This document shows, piece after piece, positions 1 to 12,601 of a stretch of DNA of 64,000 nt. Both the position numbers and the translations under genes were made by a program. Under the pieces are notes generated by a model. The model was given only the letters and a program-made list of their open reading frames with translations. It was not told where the DNA came from and ran no database searches. How positions within the stretch are numbered: position 1 is the stretch's first letter; each line of letters begins with the position of its first letter. Source of the stretch: Vicugna vicugna (lineage: Eukaryota); contig MU057865.1 in the NCBI GenBank assembly GCA_013265495.1, positions 372,001-436,000 of the forward strand. The letters are read 5' to 3'.

Positions 1-92
1 TACACACACACACACCTATTCATTTTCATATTCTTTTTCATTAAAGGTTATTACAAGATATTGAATATAGTTCCCTGTGCTCTACAGTGAAG
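1..92 (-). mobile_element. LINE-1 3' UTR fragment, cut by the window edge
   Basis: 'ggttattacaagatattgaatatagttccctgtgctctacagt' is the typical antisense L1 3' UTR motif. The same motif recurs in the L1 copies at about 12710-12750 and 45070-45112. Confidence 0.8.
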
Positions 93-1435
93 TGCATTTT
101 TGACTTGTGGTATTTTCAATTTCCAATGGATTTTTCAGACATCACCTTGTGGTTAAGCTGAGGAAGGTCTTCCATTGGCTACTTTTCTGTGTATACAAAT
201 GATCTGTAACTTGTTTTCCCCAGACCCCTACCGTAGGATAAATCAGAATTTGTGGAAATTGCAGAGAGGTGGCTGGGTCAAGTCCAGTGCCGGTGGTGGC
301 TACACGCATGATACCCTGAACTAAAGGATGAACCACGTTTCCCTCTGGTCTTTCTTCCCAGCATCATACACTACTCAGTTAGGATTGTAGGAGAGGCTGC
401 AGGGCCCCTGATTCTGACCACGTGGACTCGTGCCCATGAACCACAACTCCGCCTTGTGCTCTCCTCTGCTTCCTTGCTGAGCCGGATCCCTTGCCAAAAC
501 CTCACAATCTCAGCTGTGGGGCTACCGACCACTGTCTGTCCTGCTTGTGGCTGCCACTCCGTCTCTAAGGGTGGTGGTCCTTTCAGCCGGCAGGGCTCAC
601 TGAGGATGCTCATTCCTGGTCTTCTGATCCCTGAAAGTTGGTTTTGGTCTTCAGGGTTATTGCTTCCTCCATCAAGGCCCTTGGGAAGGAGGAAGGTCCT
701 CACTGAGACCCTCTCCTTGAGTCCTGAGGTGGCACAGAGACACGGCGCCCCAAGTGTTCTGACCATGACTGGACCCCATGCTCTGCATCATTTCCTTCCC
801 TTGGGCCAGGTGGCTGCTCTCCTGGTTGGGCATTCATGCCCATGGTTGGGGACATTTGTGAAAATGCCTTAGTTCTGGGGTCCAGTGATGTAATTATGAT
901 CCCCCAAGTCATCTCCACAGCTCTCTCCGCAGGATCTGAGGGCCTGTCTCGGTGTCCCACAAGCCCCAGGAGGTGGATGGAGATTACACTGCCCCACCAT
1001 TATCCTTCCTGAAAGTGTAAGAAAAGTCCAAGTTTATTTCACCTCTCCTATCAGACAGATTTTTCCAAACCCTTTGCCAAATACCACAGTGTATCTAATT
1101 CTTTCTTTATTCATGCTTAGGGACTTGTTTTCTTTGGATATTTGAGGCTAGAGACTGGAACATCGCAAATACAGCCCTCTTCTAAATGGAATGAAGCATT
1201 TAGGGATTGATAGAGCTGATCCACAAATGCCGAGTCACCCTGAAGAGAAAGTGTCCTAAATGTATTGTAAACGCATGGTGCTAACATGAGCTGGAACTGT
1301 CCCCCAGCGTATGGGGTTATGTATATGTAAGGAAGTCACGTAACAGACACTTGAACACGCAGATGACAACTTTCCTGCAGATATATGTCTGCGTGTTCCC
1401 TTTTAACCACGGTATCTTTTCTTTCCTTCATTCAG

Positions 1436-1564
1436 GGTCAGAGTAGCGCCCGCAATCTAATTGCACGGTGCAGCATTGCAGAAGTCCACTTGCAGTCAAG
1501 CACAGCTCTTTCGAAGGATCCTTGGCTCCGAAGCATAAGGAATTTGAAATGGCATTTACAAGGG
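1436..1564 (+). other. Candidate internal exon (129 nt) of an unidentified transcript
   Basis: Branch-like TTAAC at 1403-1407, polypyrimidine tract 'tcttttctttccttcattcag' ending in AG at 1434-1435, and donor GGG|GTAAGT at 1565. One frame is open. I do not recognise the peptide. Confidence 0.3.
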
Positions 1565-2509
1565 GTAAGTAACCAACAGATCAGCATTTGGGACGTGCAG
1601 GCAAGATGACTTCAAGCTGCAAAGCTGGGCATTGACAGACAGATTTAGCACCATTAGCAGGGGCTTGCTGAAAACCAAAAATGACTTCAAAACTCTTCCC
1701 TCTGAACCAGAATGTTCCATTCATCTCTTCGTTAAAACATCCGTTATTTGCTGACTTGTTTTCTGTCGCCACCGTCTCCCCCCCGCCAACACCCCAGCCT
1801 CTCACTCTTTTGTGTCGGAGCTAATGTTCCCAGCGTCTACACTGCGTAGGCCCTGATTATTTGTGAGACAGAGTGAGTTAATGCAGATTTGCAAGCTGTT
1901 CCCATTTGTTAAATGTCAGAAAAACACATGCAAGTCACTGGCTTTGGCACTTAGCTGCCAGCTGGCTCTTCTGGAGGCTGGGGACAAATGACAGTCTATC
2001 ACACAGCATGCTTTCAAAGGAAGAGGGGACCTATTCCAGAACCGCAGCATCGGAGCGGCTTTTAACCACATAAGCAAAATAAGAAGCCAACATCAGTTTT
2101 TTTCTCTCCCTTATTTCTCCCCCTGTTGCTGAATGAATGGCAGCACAACATTTGGGAGCTTTTTAAAGCCTTGGGAATATCGATTCCACTGCCCACCATC
2201 TGAGAGAGTGATGGGATAATGGGAGCTTGCAGAGTGCTACACATTCTCCAGTGAGTGACAGCAGAGGTACCCTGCAAGCCTTGGGGGAGAGGCTGCACCC
2301 CTCCTCACCCCTGTCCTCCCCATTGCCAGCCCCTCTGCAGGTATCTGGATGAAAGTTGAATTTCTGCCTCCCTCTCCCTATTAGAGTCTTTTGTCTGGGT
2401 CCTAAATTCTATCACTCAAAGCCCACCCTCTCCCCCTCTGCATCCCACTCCCTTAGGAAGGTAAAACTTACAAGGTGGAAGTAATAATGGAATTTTCCCC
2501 TAATTTATC

Positions 2510-2990
2510 GACTTGTTTATCCATCAGTTATTTACTGAGTATCTAATATATGTCAGATATTGTAGGGGATGAAAAGAAGGAGGAGACCTAGATTGTTCTT
2601 GCATGCAAGGATCTAATACATTTGTTGGTGATAAAAAAATATATCACAACTGATTGGGTGCAAGTGATTACAGAAGGTGATGGTGTCATAATTCTCTGGC
2701 ACCAAAGGAAAAGTTCATGAAATGAATGGGTAATGGACTGGGCTTGAAAAGACAGGAAAGATTTTAATAGCCAGAATGAAACAAAGGGCCCCTGAGATGG
2801 GGAAGATGCTAAAAGAGGGAAAAAGCATGAGAGGTGGGGCTAGGCGGTGGCTGTGGACACTTCAGCCTGGTTAGGGCAGAAAGGCAGTGAGAGGAGGGGT
2901 AGGAGAAATAGAAAACTAGAGTGAAACCAGGCTGAGGATTATGGGCTTTCGATGGAAGGCTTTGAATCAGAGAATGTCATTTCAGAATGG
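2510..2990 (-). mobile_element. L2 LINE 3' fragment, degraded
   Basis: 'ttatccatcagttattttactgagtatctaatatatgtcagatattgtagggg' followed by purine-rich sequence, typical of an antisense L2 3' end. Confidence 0.6.
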
Positions 2991-3022
2991 TCTTTCAGAT
3001 GACTGTTACCCACTTACCCATC

Positions 3023-3573
3023 TGTCAGGGAGGAAGGAATATTCTTCTACCCTCCTAGGTTCTTCTGGCTAGTCTAAGAATTAAACTGACATGAAACAGA
3101 TTAGCAGGAGAAAAGTCAAAGTTAGTCCCATATATACATGGGAGAGACCCAGAAAAACTGAGTCATTTGCCAAAATGGCCTAAACCCTCACCTTAAATAC
3201 CTTCTTCAGCTAAAGACAAAAGAGGATGTGGAGGATAGTGGTTTAGGATTTCAGAGAGGAGAAAGACAATCATCACAGAAACAGAAAAGCAAATGTTTGA
3301 TAAACAAATGTTTACTGGGCCAGGCAGAGACACAGAGGGGAATTCTAACAAACAGACTTTACTAAGTTCCTCCCTGTCTACACACCTGTTTCATACTGCA
3401 TTGTCTATGGTGATAGCTCTTTCCTGGAACAAATTCTCTATCTGTGCTTTTCAAGCTGTTAGAGGGAAGGTCAAAATTTCTTCCTGAGTCTTTTTGGACC
3501 TTGATTGTTTTTAGCTCAAAATAATCTGCATGCCAAAGAGACATTTAGAGGTGGCAAATTTTGTTCCTCTCCA
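3023..3573 (-). mobile_element. Solo ERV1 LTR, MER34-like
   Basis: TG...CA termini. The minus strand begins 'tggagaggaacaaaatttgccacc...tggcatgcagattattttgagcta', a MER34-type start. Homologous in reverse complement to 5804-6332. Confidence 0.75.
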
Positions 3574-3959
3574 AATTCAGTGCTATTGACATATCTCAGT
3601 GATTTATGCACAAAGGTAAGCCAGATTTTCTCCATGGTAAACCCAAAGAGGACGTATCATAGAGAACAATTCCATGGTTTGGTTAAGACACTTTTTCTTT
3701 TCTTCCTGTCCATCAGTGTACTTAGTGGAAAAGTGAATTTCACCTAAAGCCATCATCTGCCTTATTCTAGCAGAATGGCACATTGTCTAATATTTTGTCA
3801 GTATTTTGTTAATTTACTTTGCTGTTTCCAGATCATTACTCTGACATGATCATGGGAAAAAAAATCCTTCCATTTTTGGGTTCATGCAACTGGCAGTTAC
3901 CCTCTATTGTCCTTTTGCATCAAAGATTTTGATTCCTCCCTTAACTTGTCGCTCTGCTC

Positions 3960-5000
3960 TTTAAAGTCTTTGGTGACTTCAATACCCATGTAGACCGCCT
4001 AAGCAAGAGGGGACAGAAAGTCATTATTTATTTCTACTTTTATTCTCTCAGGGCAGGTATTACTCCTTGACTATAGCTCTCTTTTCTATTAAGCTTTGTT
4101 GGACCCCTAGAATCCTTGTCAACATAGAATTTCATGAGACAAAACCTACTTAACCCTCTTGTCCAGCCTTAAGCTTAAAATTATACTTATCCCTTCTATC
4201 TCAGGCTCATAATTCCAAGGTTATACTTTAGGTTTTTCTTTCTTTTAATCAATTAAAATCTCAAACTGGTTCTGTGGTCCTGACCCTTCTTCTATCTTTC
4301 CTAATGTGAGGGACTCCCAAACACTCTCCCCTCCCTTTTTTTCCAGGTTGCTACCCAGCACGGTTTTACCTCCTTCCATGGCCAGCCTAGCTCCATGGTG
4401 AAGGCTGGCATCTCTACAAAAGTAAGGACTAGTTCCAGCCTTCCTAAAGACCTAGTATCCTGAAGGGTCACTTCATCATATCCCCAAAGTCCCCAAACCT
4501 GATTCTGTCCCCATCATGGCAGATGACCTTGCCTTTTACTTTCTGAGAAATGTACACTTTCACCCCAGCCCCTCTGCTTTCCTGAGGAGCAGGTGAACCC
4601 TCCAGAGCTGCTCACATTTCCCCATCCATCTTTCCTAAGATATTGATATTTTCTGCTTCTCCCCTCATTTTCAACCTCTCTTTCTATTGGTTCTATTTAT
4701 TTGCCTTCTAAATATGCTCAAGACTCTTCTGTCTTAAAAACAATAACAACAAAAATCCTCAAATCAATCTCTCTCTATTCCACACTCCCCTCTAGAAACC
4801 ATCGCCCTCTCTCCTTTGCATGAGAGTTAAGCTTCTTGACCTCACATTGAAGCCACTGCCTTCTGATTTCCATCTCTGTGCTTCACTTCAACATTCCTGG
4901 CAGAGAGTATGAAGGAACACCTAAGACTTAATTTAGAAGACTTTTCAGGCCTCCTCTTACTTGACCTCCAGAGACATTTAACTTTATGGACTGTGCCTGA
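3960..5000 (+). mobile_element. L2 LINE internal fragments (endonuclease region and downstream)
   Basis: 'ggtgacttcaatacccatgtagac' at 3972 translates to GDFNTHVD, the conserved APE-endonuclease GDFN motif. It is followed by pyrimidine-rich L2-like text such as 'gcagatgaccttgccttttactttctgagaaa' and 'ttacttgacctc'. Confidence 0.6.
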
Positions 5001-5803
5001 GGACAAATGGCCAGATTACATCAATTTCCTTACAATGCAGCTGACTATGGGCTTGGGTTGTTAGGGTAATGAGAGTGACCTACAAAAGCTGCTTCCATGT
5101 GAAGGCGGGTTTATGTCTCATAACTTCTGGAAAAAGCTTACTCTTTGGGCTAGTCTTGAGATATGATATTATTTACCCCCTAAATGTTGGTGTATATCAC
5201 AGGGTAGGTGCTCAGTAAATATAGGCTGGATAAATACATGAGGTCAGCAAAGAATCTAAATCATGGACAAACCCATCTTACTCCTGCCTTCATGGTATTA
5301 ACTCTGATGGTTTCCAGAGGCTATAAATGCTGAATATGGGGAGGTGGATGGGGAGAGCATGTAACCCAGACTGGTGGTTCCTGGCACAGAAGCTAAGTCT
5401 TAGTGGACAAGTAGAAATAAGTCAGGCAATGTGGGGTTTTGAGGGAAGTCCAAAGAGGAAATCCGTGATGACCAGAGGCATGGCTAATGTGACATTGTCA
5501 TTTTCTGATTCCCTTCTTATCTTATCTCTCAATCTTTTCAGGTTCTTCTTCTTCTACTCGTTAAATATTATAATAATGAGAACAGTAACATAGATGGAAT
5601 GCTTATTCTATACTTTGCTTGCATTATATTATCTAATCATCAAACCACTAATCTGTTGAACAAATATTGACCATCTACCACATATCTGACATTGCTTTGG
5701 TTCTGTGATTACAGAAAGCCACAGACTAGATCACTCAGCAAATTTATGGCCTAGAACTCAGGCACATGAACATGTGTGCCATGTTACATAGTTAAGTTGA
5801 TGC

Positions 5804-6332
5804 TGTATGGGGACAAAATTTGCCACCCCCAAATTGTCTTTGGTGTGTGGATTATTTTGAGCTGAAAGCAATCAAGGCCCAAAAGATTCAGGAAGAAACT
5901 TTGACCTTCCCCCTACATGCCTGAAGAATTTAGACAGAGAGCCTATTATAAGAATAGAGCTATCACCAGAAGTGTCTGCAAAGAATATGAGCTAGGTGTG
6001 GTGCGGGAGACTTGGGCAGGGTCAAGGGGTCTGAATCTACTGTCTGTCTCGTTGTCTCAGCCTGGCCCAGCAAACATTTGTATACCAACATTTGCTTTTC
6101 TGTTTCCATGACAATTGTCTTTCTCTCCTTTGGAGCCCTAAACCACTCCCCTCCACATCCTCCTTTGTCTTTAGCTGAAGAAGGTATCTAAGGTGAGGGC
6201 TTGAGCCATTTTGACAACTTACCCAGTTTTTCTGGGTCTCTCCCACGTATACATGTTGTTAAACTTTGTTTGATTGTCTTCTGTTAATCTGTCTCATGTC
6301 AGTTTAATTCTTAGGCCAGTCAGAAGAACCTA
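5804..6332 (+). mobile_element. Solo ERV1 LTR, MER34-like, 3' end truncated
   Basis: Starts 'tgtatggggacaaaatttgccacccc...gattattttgagctgaa' and aligns with the reverse complement of 3023-3573, but lacks about 30 terminal bases. Confidence 0.75.
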
Positions 6333-6430
6333 TAATATAGTAGGTACACAATCAGCGTTTAGTAACTAAATTATTAATGCCTAGAACATAGTAGGTACTC
6401 AATCAATGTTTATTAACTAAGTTATTAATA
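6329..6430 (+). repeat. 51-bp tandem duplication (2 diverged copies) of an L2/MIR-tail-like unit
   Basis: 'cctataatatagtaggtacacaatcagcgtttagtaactaaattattaatg' (6329-6379) versus 'cctagaacatagtaggtactcaatcaatgtttattaactaagttattaata' (6380-6430). Confidence 0.85.
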
Positions 6431-7919
6431 TAATTTGATTATTTAGAAATTGTACAATTTGCTTCCATGTTTCATCGCAATCTCTGCCCCTACTGCAAAT
6501 TCATCTCTCTCTGACTGTTAGATATATGGGCATAAGTATGTACTCTAAATGTGTAGATGAAAAAAATCACACTTGAGGAAAAAGGTTTTGCCTGCTCTCT
6601 TCTTCTTAGTCAGACATGGCTGAACGTTAGCTCTTCCCCAGCCAACATTCTGAAGTGGTTCAAATGATTCTACCTTTTCTACCAATTGTGATCTAACACG
6701 CAGAAAATATACTCCCTTCACAAGTGAGCTTACTCTAATAAAAGACACAGGTTATTTAACAGGTCTTACAGAACTAACAGGAATGTGGGTTGACCAGAAG
6801 TCACTGGGAAAGGGGCGATCAGAACCAGACGGTATAAATGGCCTTGGTACTTGCAGATTGCAGACATGGTCTCCCCCTCCCTCTCCCCTACCTCTTCTTC
6901 TGTCTCTACCTTCACCTCTGCCTACATCTAAATCCACATCCGTATCCATAGCCATATATGTCTGACTATATATTCCTATTAGTGTGGTTTAAAAAAATTT
7001 GTCTTTATAAATTACTGCAGAGTCCTCACCACTGCTCCCAAAGAAGCAGGATGGCTGGATAATTATTTTGACATTTTGGCATATGTTTTCCATGCTGTCC
7101 ATAAGTACATAAGAACTTTTCAGGTGCACATGAAGAAAACATTCTAAGCTTTTCTCTTCTGTATCCTACACACAACAAACACACTAAGTCAAGAGAAAGT
7201 CAGGGTATGGAATGTAAGAAGGAGAGAAACAAAAGCTTGGGATGGTGTGAAGGAGAAATAGAGTATCTAACTGAATAATTTTTCAGAGATAAGAGACCAA
7301 GAGAGGAGAAAAATTGCAATCTATACAGAGAGTCGATTCTATTGGTCTTTCTAAGAGGATTATGTCATTATGACAAATGTTGGGTGGATGGCCCTGGAAG
7401 CTCAAGTCTGTAGATGAGCCAGAAGTGCATGTGTCGTGCTGGTTACCACCAAGCTGCCTTCTCAGTGCTTGTTCTCAGAATCCTCTCCTGGGGAAAGAGA
7501 GTGCCTGGTAAAGCTTTTACGAATGAATCTAATTTGTGCTGGTTTTCCATAATGGTGAAATGATATTTGTTCAACATTTTATTCTTCTCAAAGTTTATTC
7601 AAAAACACTGATTACCAATTGCGTTCCACGTTTGTTAAGCAAAGTAAAGACTTTTGTCTTTACCTCCACATCTTATCCTATACATAGCTTCTGGTTCACC
7701 CAAACTTGATCTTCTCTGAACTTTGAAACTGGCTTGTGCTTTTCAGCATTCTTATACACCATCTTCCATGCAAATGCCTCTTTTCTTCTTTCTGTCTTCC
7801 CAGTTTCTTAAAAGCATAGCTCAAGCTCCATCTTCTCTGGAAATTCCTCCCTTCAACTTCTACCCTGTGCTCCCATAACTCTCTTTATCTGTGTATCTCA
7901 CTTGGCAGGTGTCTCTCTA

Positions 7920-8400
7920 TGTTAGTTAGATCTTTTTCAGTTATAGGTAATAGAAACGCAACTCAAATTGTCTCAATTTAAAGGAAGGAGATCTTTTATG
8001 GGAGGTCACGGAACAGAGCAATAAAAAATTTGAATGTAGGTTCAGGAGCAGCTGAATTCAGAAGTTCAAAGATACTGTCAAGACTCACAGTCTTTGCTTC
8101 TCTTACCCCGGCATCTTTCACAGATGGGCTCTCCATGTGTTGGGTAAGTTCCACTGGCAGCCTCTGGCCCTCTGTCTCCCAGTTTAGGATGTGTATGACC
8201 TCTGGTGATAGAGGGAAATTTTCTTACAGCCTTTTAGCATAAAATTCCTGGGAGGACCCTAATTTGCAAACTTAGATTGTTGATTATTTCTGCACCACAG
8301 GTGTGAGTTACTGTGGGGTCAGTGCCATCTGAACCACAGAAAGAATATTCCCTGCAGGGACAGAGGAATGAAGGAAGACACACAAAAAGAGTGGATAGCC
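7920..8400 (-). mobile_element. MaLR LTR (MLT1-type), degraded
   Basis: 'tgttagttagatctttttcagttataggtaatagaaacgcaactcaaattg' resembles the reverse complement of the MLT1 3' terminus. Confidence 0.55.
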
Positions 8401-11079
8401 ACGTGAAGTTCTGTGTATTGAATGGTTTTTCCTCTACCCAAGAATGCAGACTTTTTAAGGCTTGAGACAGTGTCTCAAATTTCTTGGTTTCCCTGGGAAT
8501 TCTTTACACATACACGGTGTTCAAAAATATGCTGAAATGACTTTAGAGTAATGATGTAATACATCTGTAGCTGGTATTTTGATTGGTTAGTGCATGCTTT
8601 TAAAGAGACCAAACTGTTGAATATTATGCACACATAGGCCATTGACCTGCACATTCATTCTTTCAGGGCTGTGGAATACTCCTGAGACCTCAGACAGTTG
8701 TCTCGAGAATATAGTCATTGGATTGGGGTTGGGTGTGGGGGTGCAGATGAGAGCCTAGAAATGGATCACTGCAAATCTAATCCCTTTGTTGGAAAAGCAA
8801 TTTCACATGCACATTCTGATGGTGTGTTATCTTCACAAGACAAAAACATGATTAATAGTAGAACATAATATATGATGCTAGAGTGGTTGGAAAAAAATAA
8901 AGCCAATTTTCTGTTCAGCATTTGGACCCCCTTGGAAGTAAGTTGTATTGGAAATTCAAAAGAGTCTTGTATAAATCTGGTAAAATTTCTATCGGAATAG
9001 ATGACCTAGTTAGTCTATTACATCTCTAGTTTCTACAATTCTGAGATTCCTTGGGGCGTGTGCAGAATGGAGCAATCGAAGAACAGCAAATTTCACAGTA
9101 TGGTCTGCCATCTGTATAGGAACAGCAAGAAAACTGATGGGATTTCTCTCCCTGGCAGACAGTTATTTCTCAAGTGCCTTTAAAACAGGAGGTCTGCAAA
9201 ATTCTTCACAAGCGCTTAAAACATGAAGATTGATTTACAAACGTGTATTTACTAGGGAGGAATTTCACAATGTGCCTAAAATTTTCATGAAAAAAAAATC
9301 TAACTAAATATTTCTAGCTTCTCCCCAGACTCCTTAGCTCCCACAATTTTAATAAATCAAGGAACATTTGTAAGTGCTAAATGCTAAATGGTTATTCACA
9401 GTTAATTTTTAATCAACTAACAATAGTTATGTGTTAATTGAATGCCATTAACAAACCATAACTTGATGCATTAGCTCTTTTGTTATGCAAAGGAACTTTT
9501 CCCTACAGCTTTTATATATTGTCTGACTTCCTTCTAAACAGAACATCAGTATGTACAGACTGAATTTAACAAATGCATTTGTTGACACATCAGTATGTGT
9601 GTTTCTGAGTCCTGCATCCATTTAAAACAAATTGGAATGTGCTGGAGTACTGAAAATGAAAGAGAAATCCAAACATAGTCCCATGAAAGGGATTAGATAA
9701 ACAGCAGCCAAAACAGACGCTAATTTGACCTTTTGGAATTTTAATCTTAACTCATTGTTTTCACTTTGAATTTCTGAGTAAGTTGCTTAATATTTCTTTG
9801 GCTTTTATTTTCAAGAACAACTTTGGAAAACATGGCTGAATTGATAGGGGATATTTCTTCATCATAGATTAAAACAGAAAATTAATAACATTCTTACAAT
9901 CAAAAGTCAGTTACTAATATATTACCACCCTCATATATTTCTGAAAACGTAGCATGGCTTAGTGGTCAAAAAGAAGATACAGGCTAGGTCACAGAGTGGC
10001 AATGATGATGGCTCTAGTGGAATAGGCTGGAGGCAAACCAAGGCCTTAAGAACAAGGTCCAGTGGGAGATGGGAAACAACACCTGCAAGGTCAGCCTGGT
10101 TGTCACGCGTCCTGTCGAAAGAGCTGTTCTGCAAATATAGCCATTGGCCAACTCAGGCCAGAACACACCACCGGAAGATACTAAATTGTGAAACTTTTTC
10201 TCTGTTTACTCTTTTCTGCTCCTACTTATGCTCCATTGTCCCATCAGACTAGCTTATAAAACTCAAGTTCAAAGACATAATCACTGCTTCTACTACTACT
10301 AAGAGCAATTAAACTCAGTGTGGGGTCTTTCTGAATGTGGGACCCTGTGTGACTGTCCCCAAAGCCTGACTCTAACTGTGGTCTTTCACTGGTACTAAAA
10401 ATGCACATGAAGTCTGCAGATAATGGTACTTACTCATTAGGAAGAGTTGGGGTGGGGCTCATTAAGGCAACAGCACACATTTGCATCAAAACAGAACAAA
10501 ATTGTTAGGTAGATCATTCAGAATATCCTTATAATAAAGTTATTATCAATCTAATTTTTTACTTACCCAGAAGTGTTCATCAACCAGCCTTAAGATTCCC
10601 TAAGACTCTTTGAGGTCTTTGAAGCATATATAAAGAAAATTATAATTCATTGTATATTTTATTTATGCTGTAATTAGAAAAAATACACTGATTCTATTAA
10701 AAGATTTTATTCTATTAGCATTATGACATACAAAGGACTTCTAACCAATCAGAAGTATAGAAAAAATTTTTTCTTGGTTTTGTTCTTTCTGAAAAGCTCT
10801 TGTAGCATTTTGTCCATCTAAACACTTCTAGAAGGTCAGCGTGACCTACCCTGTCTCACCCTGTGCACTAACTTTTCCACTGCTTGAGAGGTATCCAAAG
10901 AGGGCGACTAAGCCAGAAGCCAGATGTACCTCACACGAGCTCTTCGAGCTCTTCGTAGCCAATTTTAGGTAGCTATTTACTTTCCCAGAATATAAGGTCT
11001 TCTCAGGACAGACTAATTTAATTCTGAGTCCTGCCCTGGTGCTGGATGGCTTCCACCAGGCATGCTGGGCATACTTCCA

Positions 11080-11275
11080 TAATAATGGTGATAATGAATA
11101 TTTGTGTGACACTGTCTAGGATTTTTTTTTAACTTTATCTCATTTGGCTCTCATAACCCTATAAAGCCAGTAGTAAAAAGAAAATTTCCATTTTCCAGGT
11201 GAGGAAACAAGCTAAAGAGGTTCCATGATTTGTCCAAGTCACTTACACGTTAAATGAGGAAGCAGAGCCTTGAGG
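11080..11275 (-). mobile_element. MIR SINE
   Basis: Core 'ccattttccaggtgaggaaacaagctaaagaggttccatgatttgtccaagtcac'. Confidence 0.7.
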
Positions 11276-11807
11276 GTGGGTTTAATTCACTCTACTATGT
11301 TAGAGAAATAAGCCTTGTCTCCAAGCACCCTTCAAGGTTTCCTCTTCATCCATGATGCCTAAGAAGTGGGAAAAGGACGAGATCTCCAAGGCCATGTGAG
11401 ACCCACCCAAATTCTCACTGGTTTTCTCCAGCCCAGTCAACAAGTCTGCTCATAGTTCTGCAAACAGACACTGGATACCTGCTTCCATGGCCTTCTTTAA
11501 AGCTCTGTCCCTGAACTTCAGCTCTTGTAGTCTTGAAGTCTTGAAATCTACCCTTCCTTCAAGTCCAGGGTCAGTTTTAGTGCCACATTTACAGCGAAGA
11601 TTTTCTGCAGGAGAAGTAACACCCCCTTCCCCACACAGACACACACATTTATGGCTTAGGTTTTGCTCATATCTCCCGCCTGGACCTCATCTCCCATCCC
11701 ACTAGGGCTACTTGTATACTGAGGTCGTCTTCCCTATCAGGCTAGGAGGGAGGCAAGGACTCCCACATACCTGACTCACAATCTTGGTCATAGTTCAGCA
11801 AATGTTG

Positions 11808-12264
11808 TGTTGGCTGAAAAAAAAAAAAGAATCAAAACCTAAGAGTTGACAGTTATGTTTTATTCAGGGACCTGACTGAGGACTATAGCCTGGGGAAGAG
11901 ACTCTCAGATGGCTCTGAGGAACTGATCCGAAGAGGTAAGGGAGAAGCCAGATTATACAGGAGTTTTTGCTGAAAAATAAACATGTAGTCGAACATTTGC
12001 TGATTACACACACACACACACAAAACCCCAGACATCTCAAGTTAATGATCTTAGTGCTTTTCTGTGTAAGGGAAGATGCGTGAGTCTAGGTTTACTGAAA
12101 TTACTCCTTTGGCATGCTTTTTAGCCATCTAGGGCCAGCATCCTGTTTTCTCCATCCGGAATCCCGTGGGGCACACTGTCGAGGGCAGCTGCAGTGACTC
12201 ACGGTCTTGACAGCAGGCAACAGTTTTTGTTTACTGGGATGGCAGGCGACATTCTTTGTCCACA
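11808..12264 (-). mobile_element. Solo ERV LTR (cetartiodactyl ERV1-type)
   Basis: TG...CA termini ('tgttggctg'...'tttgtccaca'), flanking 4-mers gttg/gctg (TSD, 1 mismatch), and a minus-strand AATAAA ('ttttatt' near 11860). The body 'ctctcagatggctctgaggaactgatccgaagaggtaagggagaagccagatt' is recalled from artiodactyl LTRs. Confidence 0.75.
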
Positions 12265-12601
12265 GCTGGTTGGGCACATGTCTAAACGATAGCCATTGCA
12301 TTTCTGTTGTTGTTAGTTTCCTGTCAATCTTGTCCTTTTACTCCTTTGCTGTCTCTTTAAGGAGGAGAACACATACCTTAAGCTCCCTTCTGTATCCCTT
12401 CAGAGAATTTGACACAGAGCAAGCAAGTGTGCAGTCATTACCTGCTGAACGAATCATTAAGCTTGTGTCAGACTGTGCTTTGCTTGCGGACCATCCAAAA
12501 TCAACTTTAGCTCCAATTATGAAGTTAGGTGGCTCATTTTTGGTTTTCTTCTTTCATTTCTTTCTTTCCCTCAGTAACTCAGCAACTGATTGTAATCAGG
12601 C

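Noticed and set aside
371..960. Overlapping ORFs of 86-138 aa in a moderately GC-rich patch
   Set aside because: No recognisable homology and no CpG island or splice structure to support coding.
3023..6332. Provirus bounded by two LTRs
   Set aside because: The LTRs are inverted rather than direct, and the interior is L2/MIR with no gag/pol/env similarity that I could see.
10936..10955. 9-bp tandem repeat 'cgagctctt' x2 (similar 13-bp duplication near 34839-34865)
   Set aside because: Ordinary slippage micro-duplications with no further structure.
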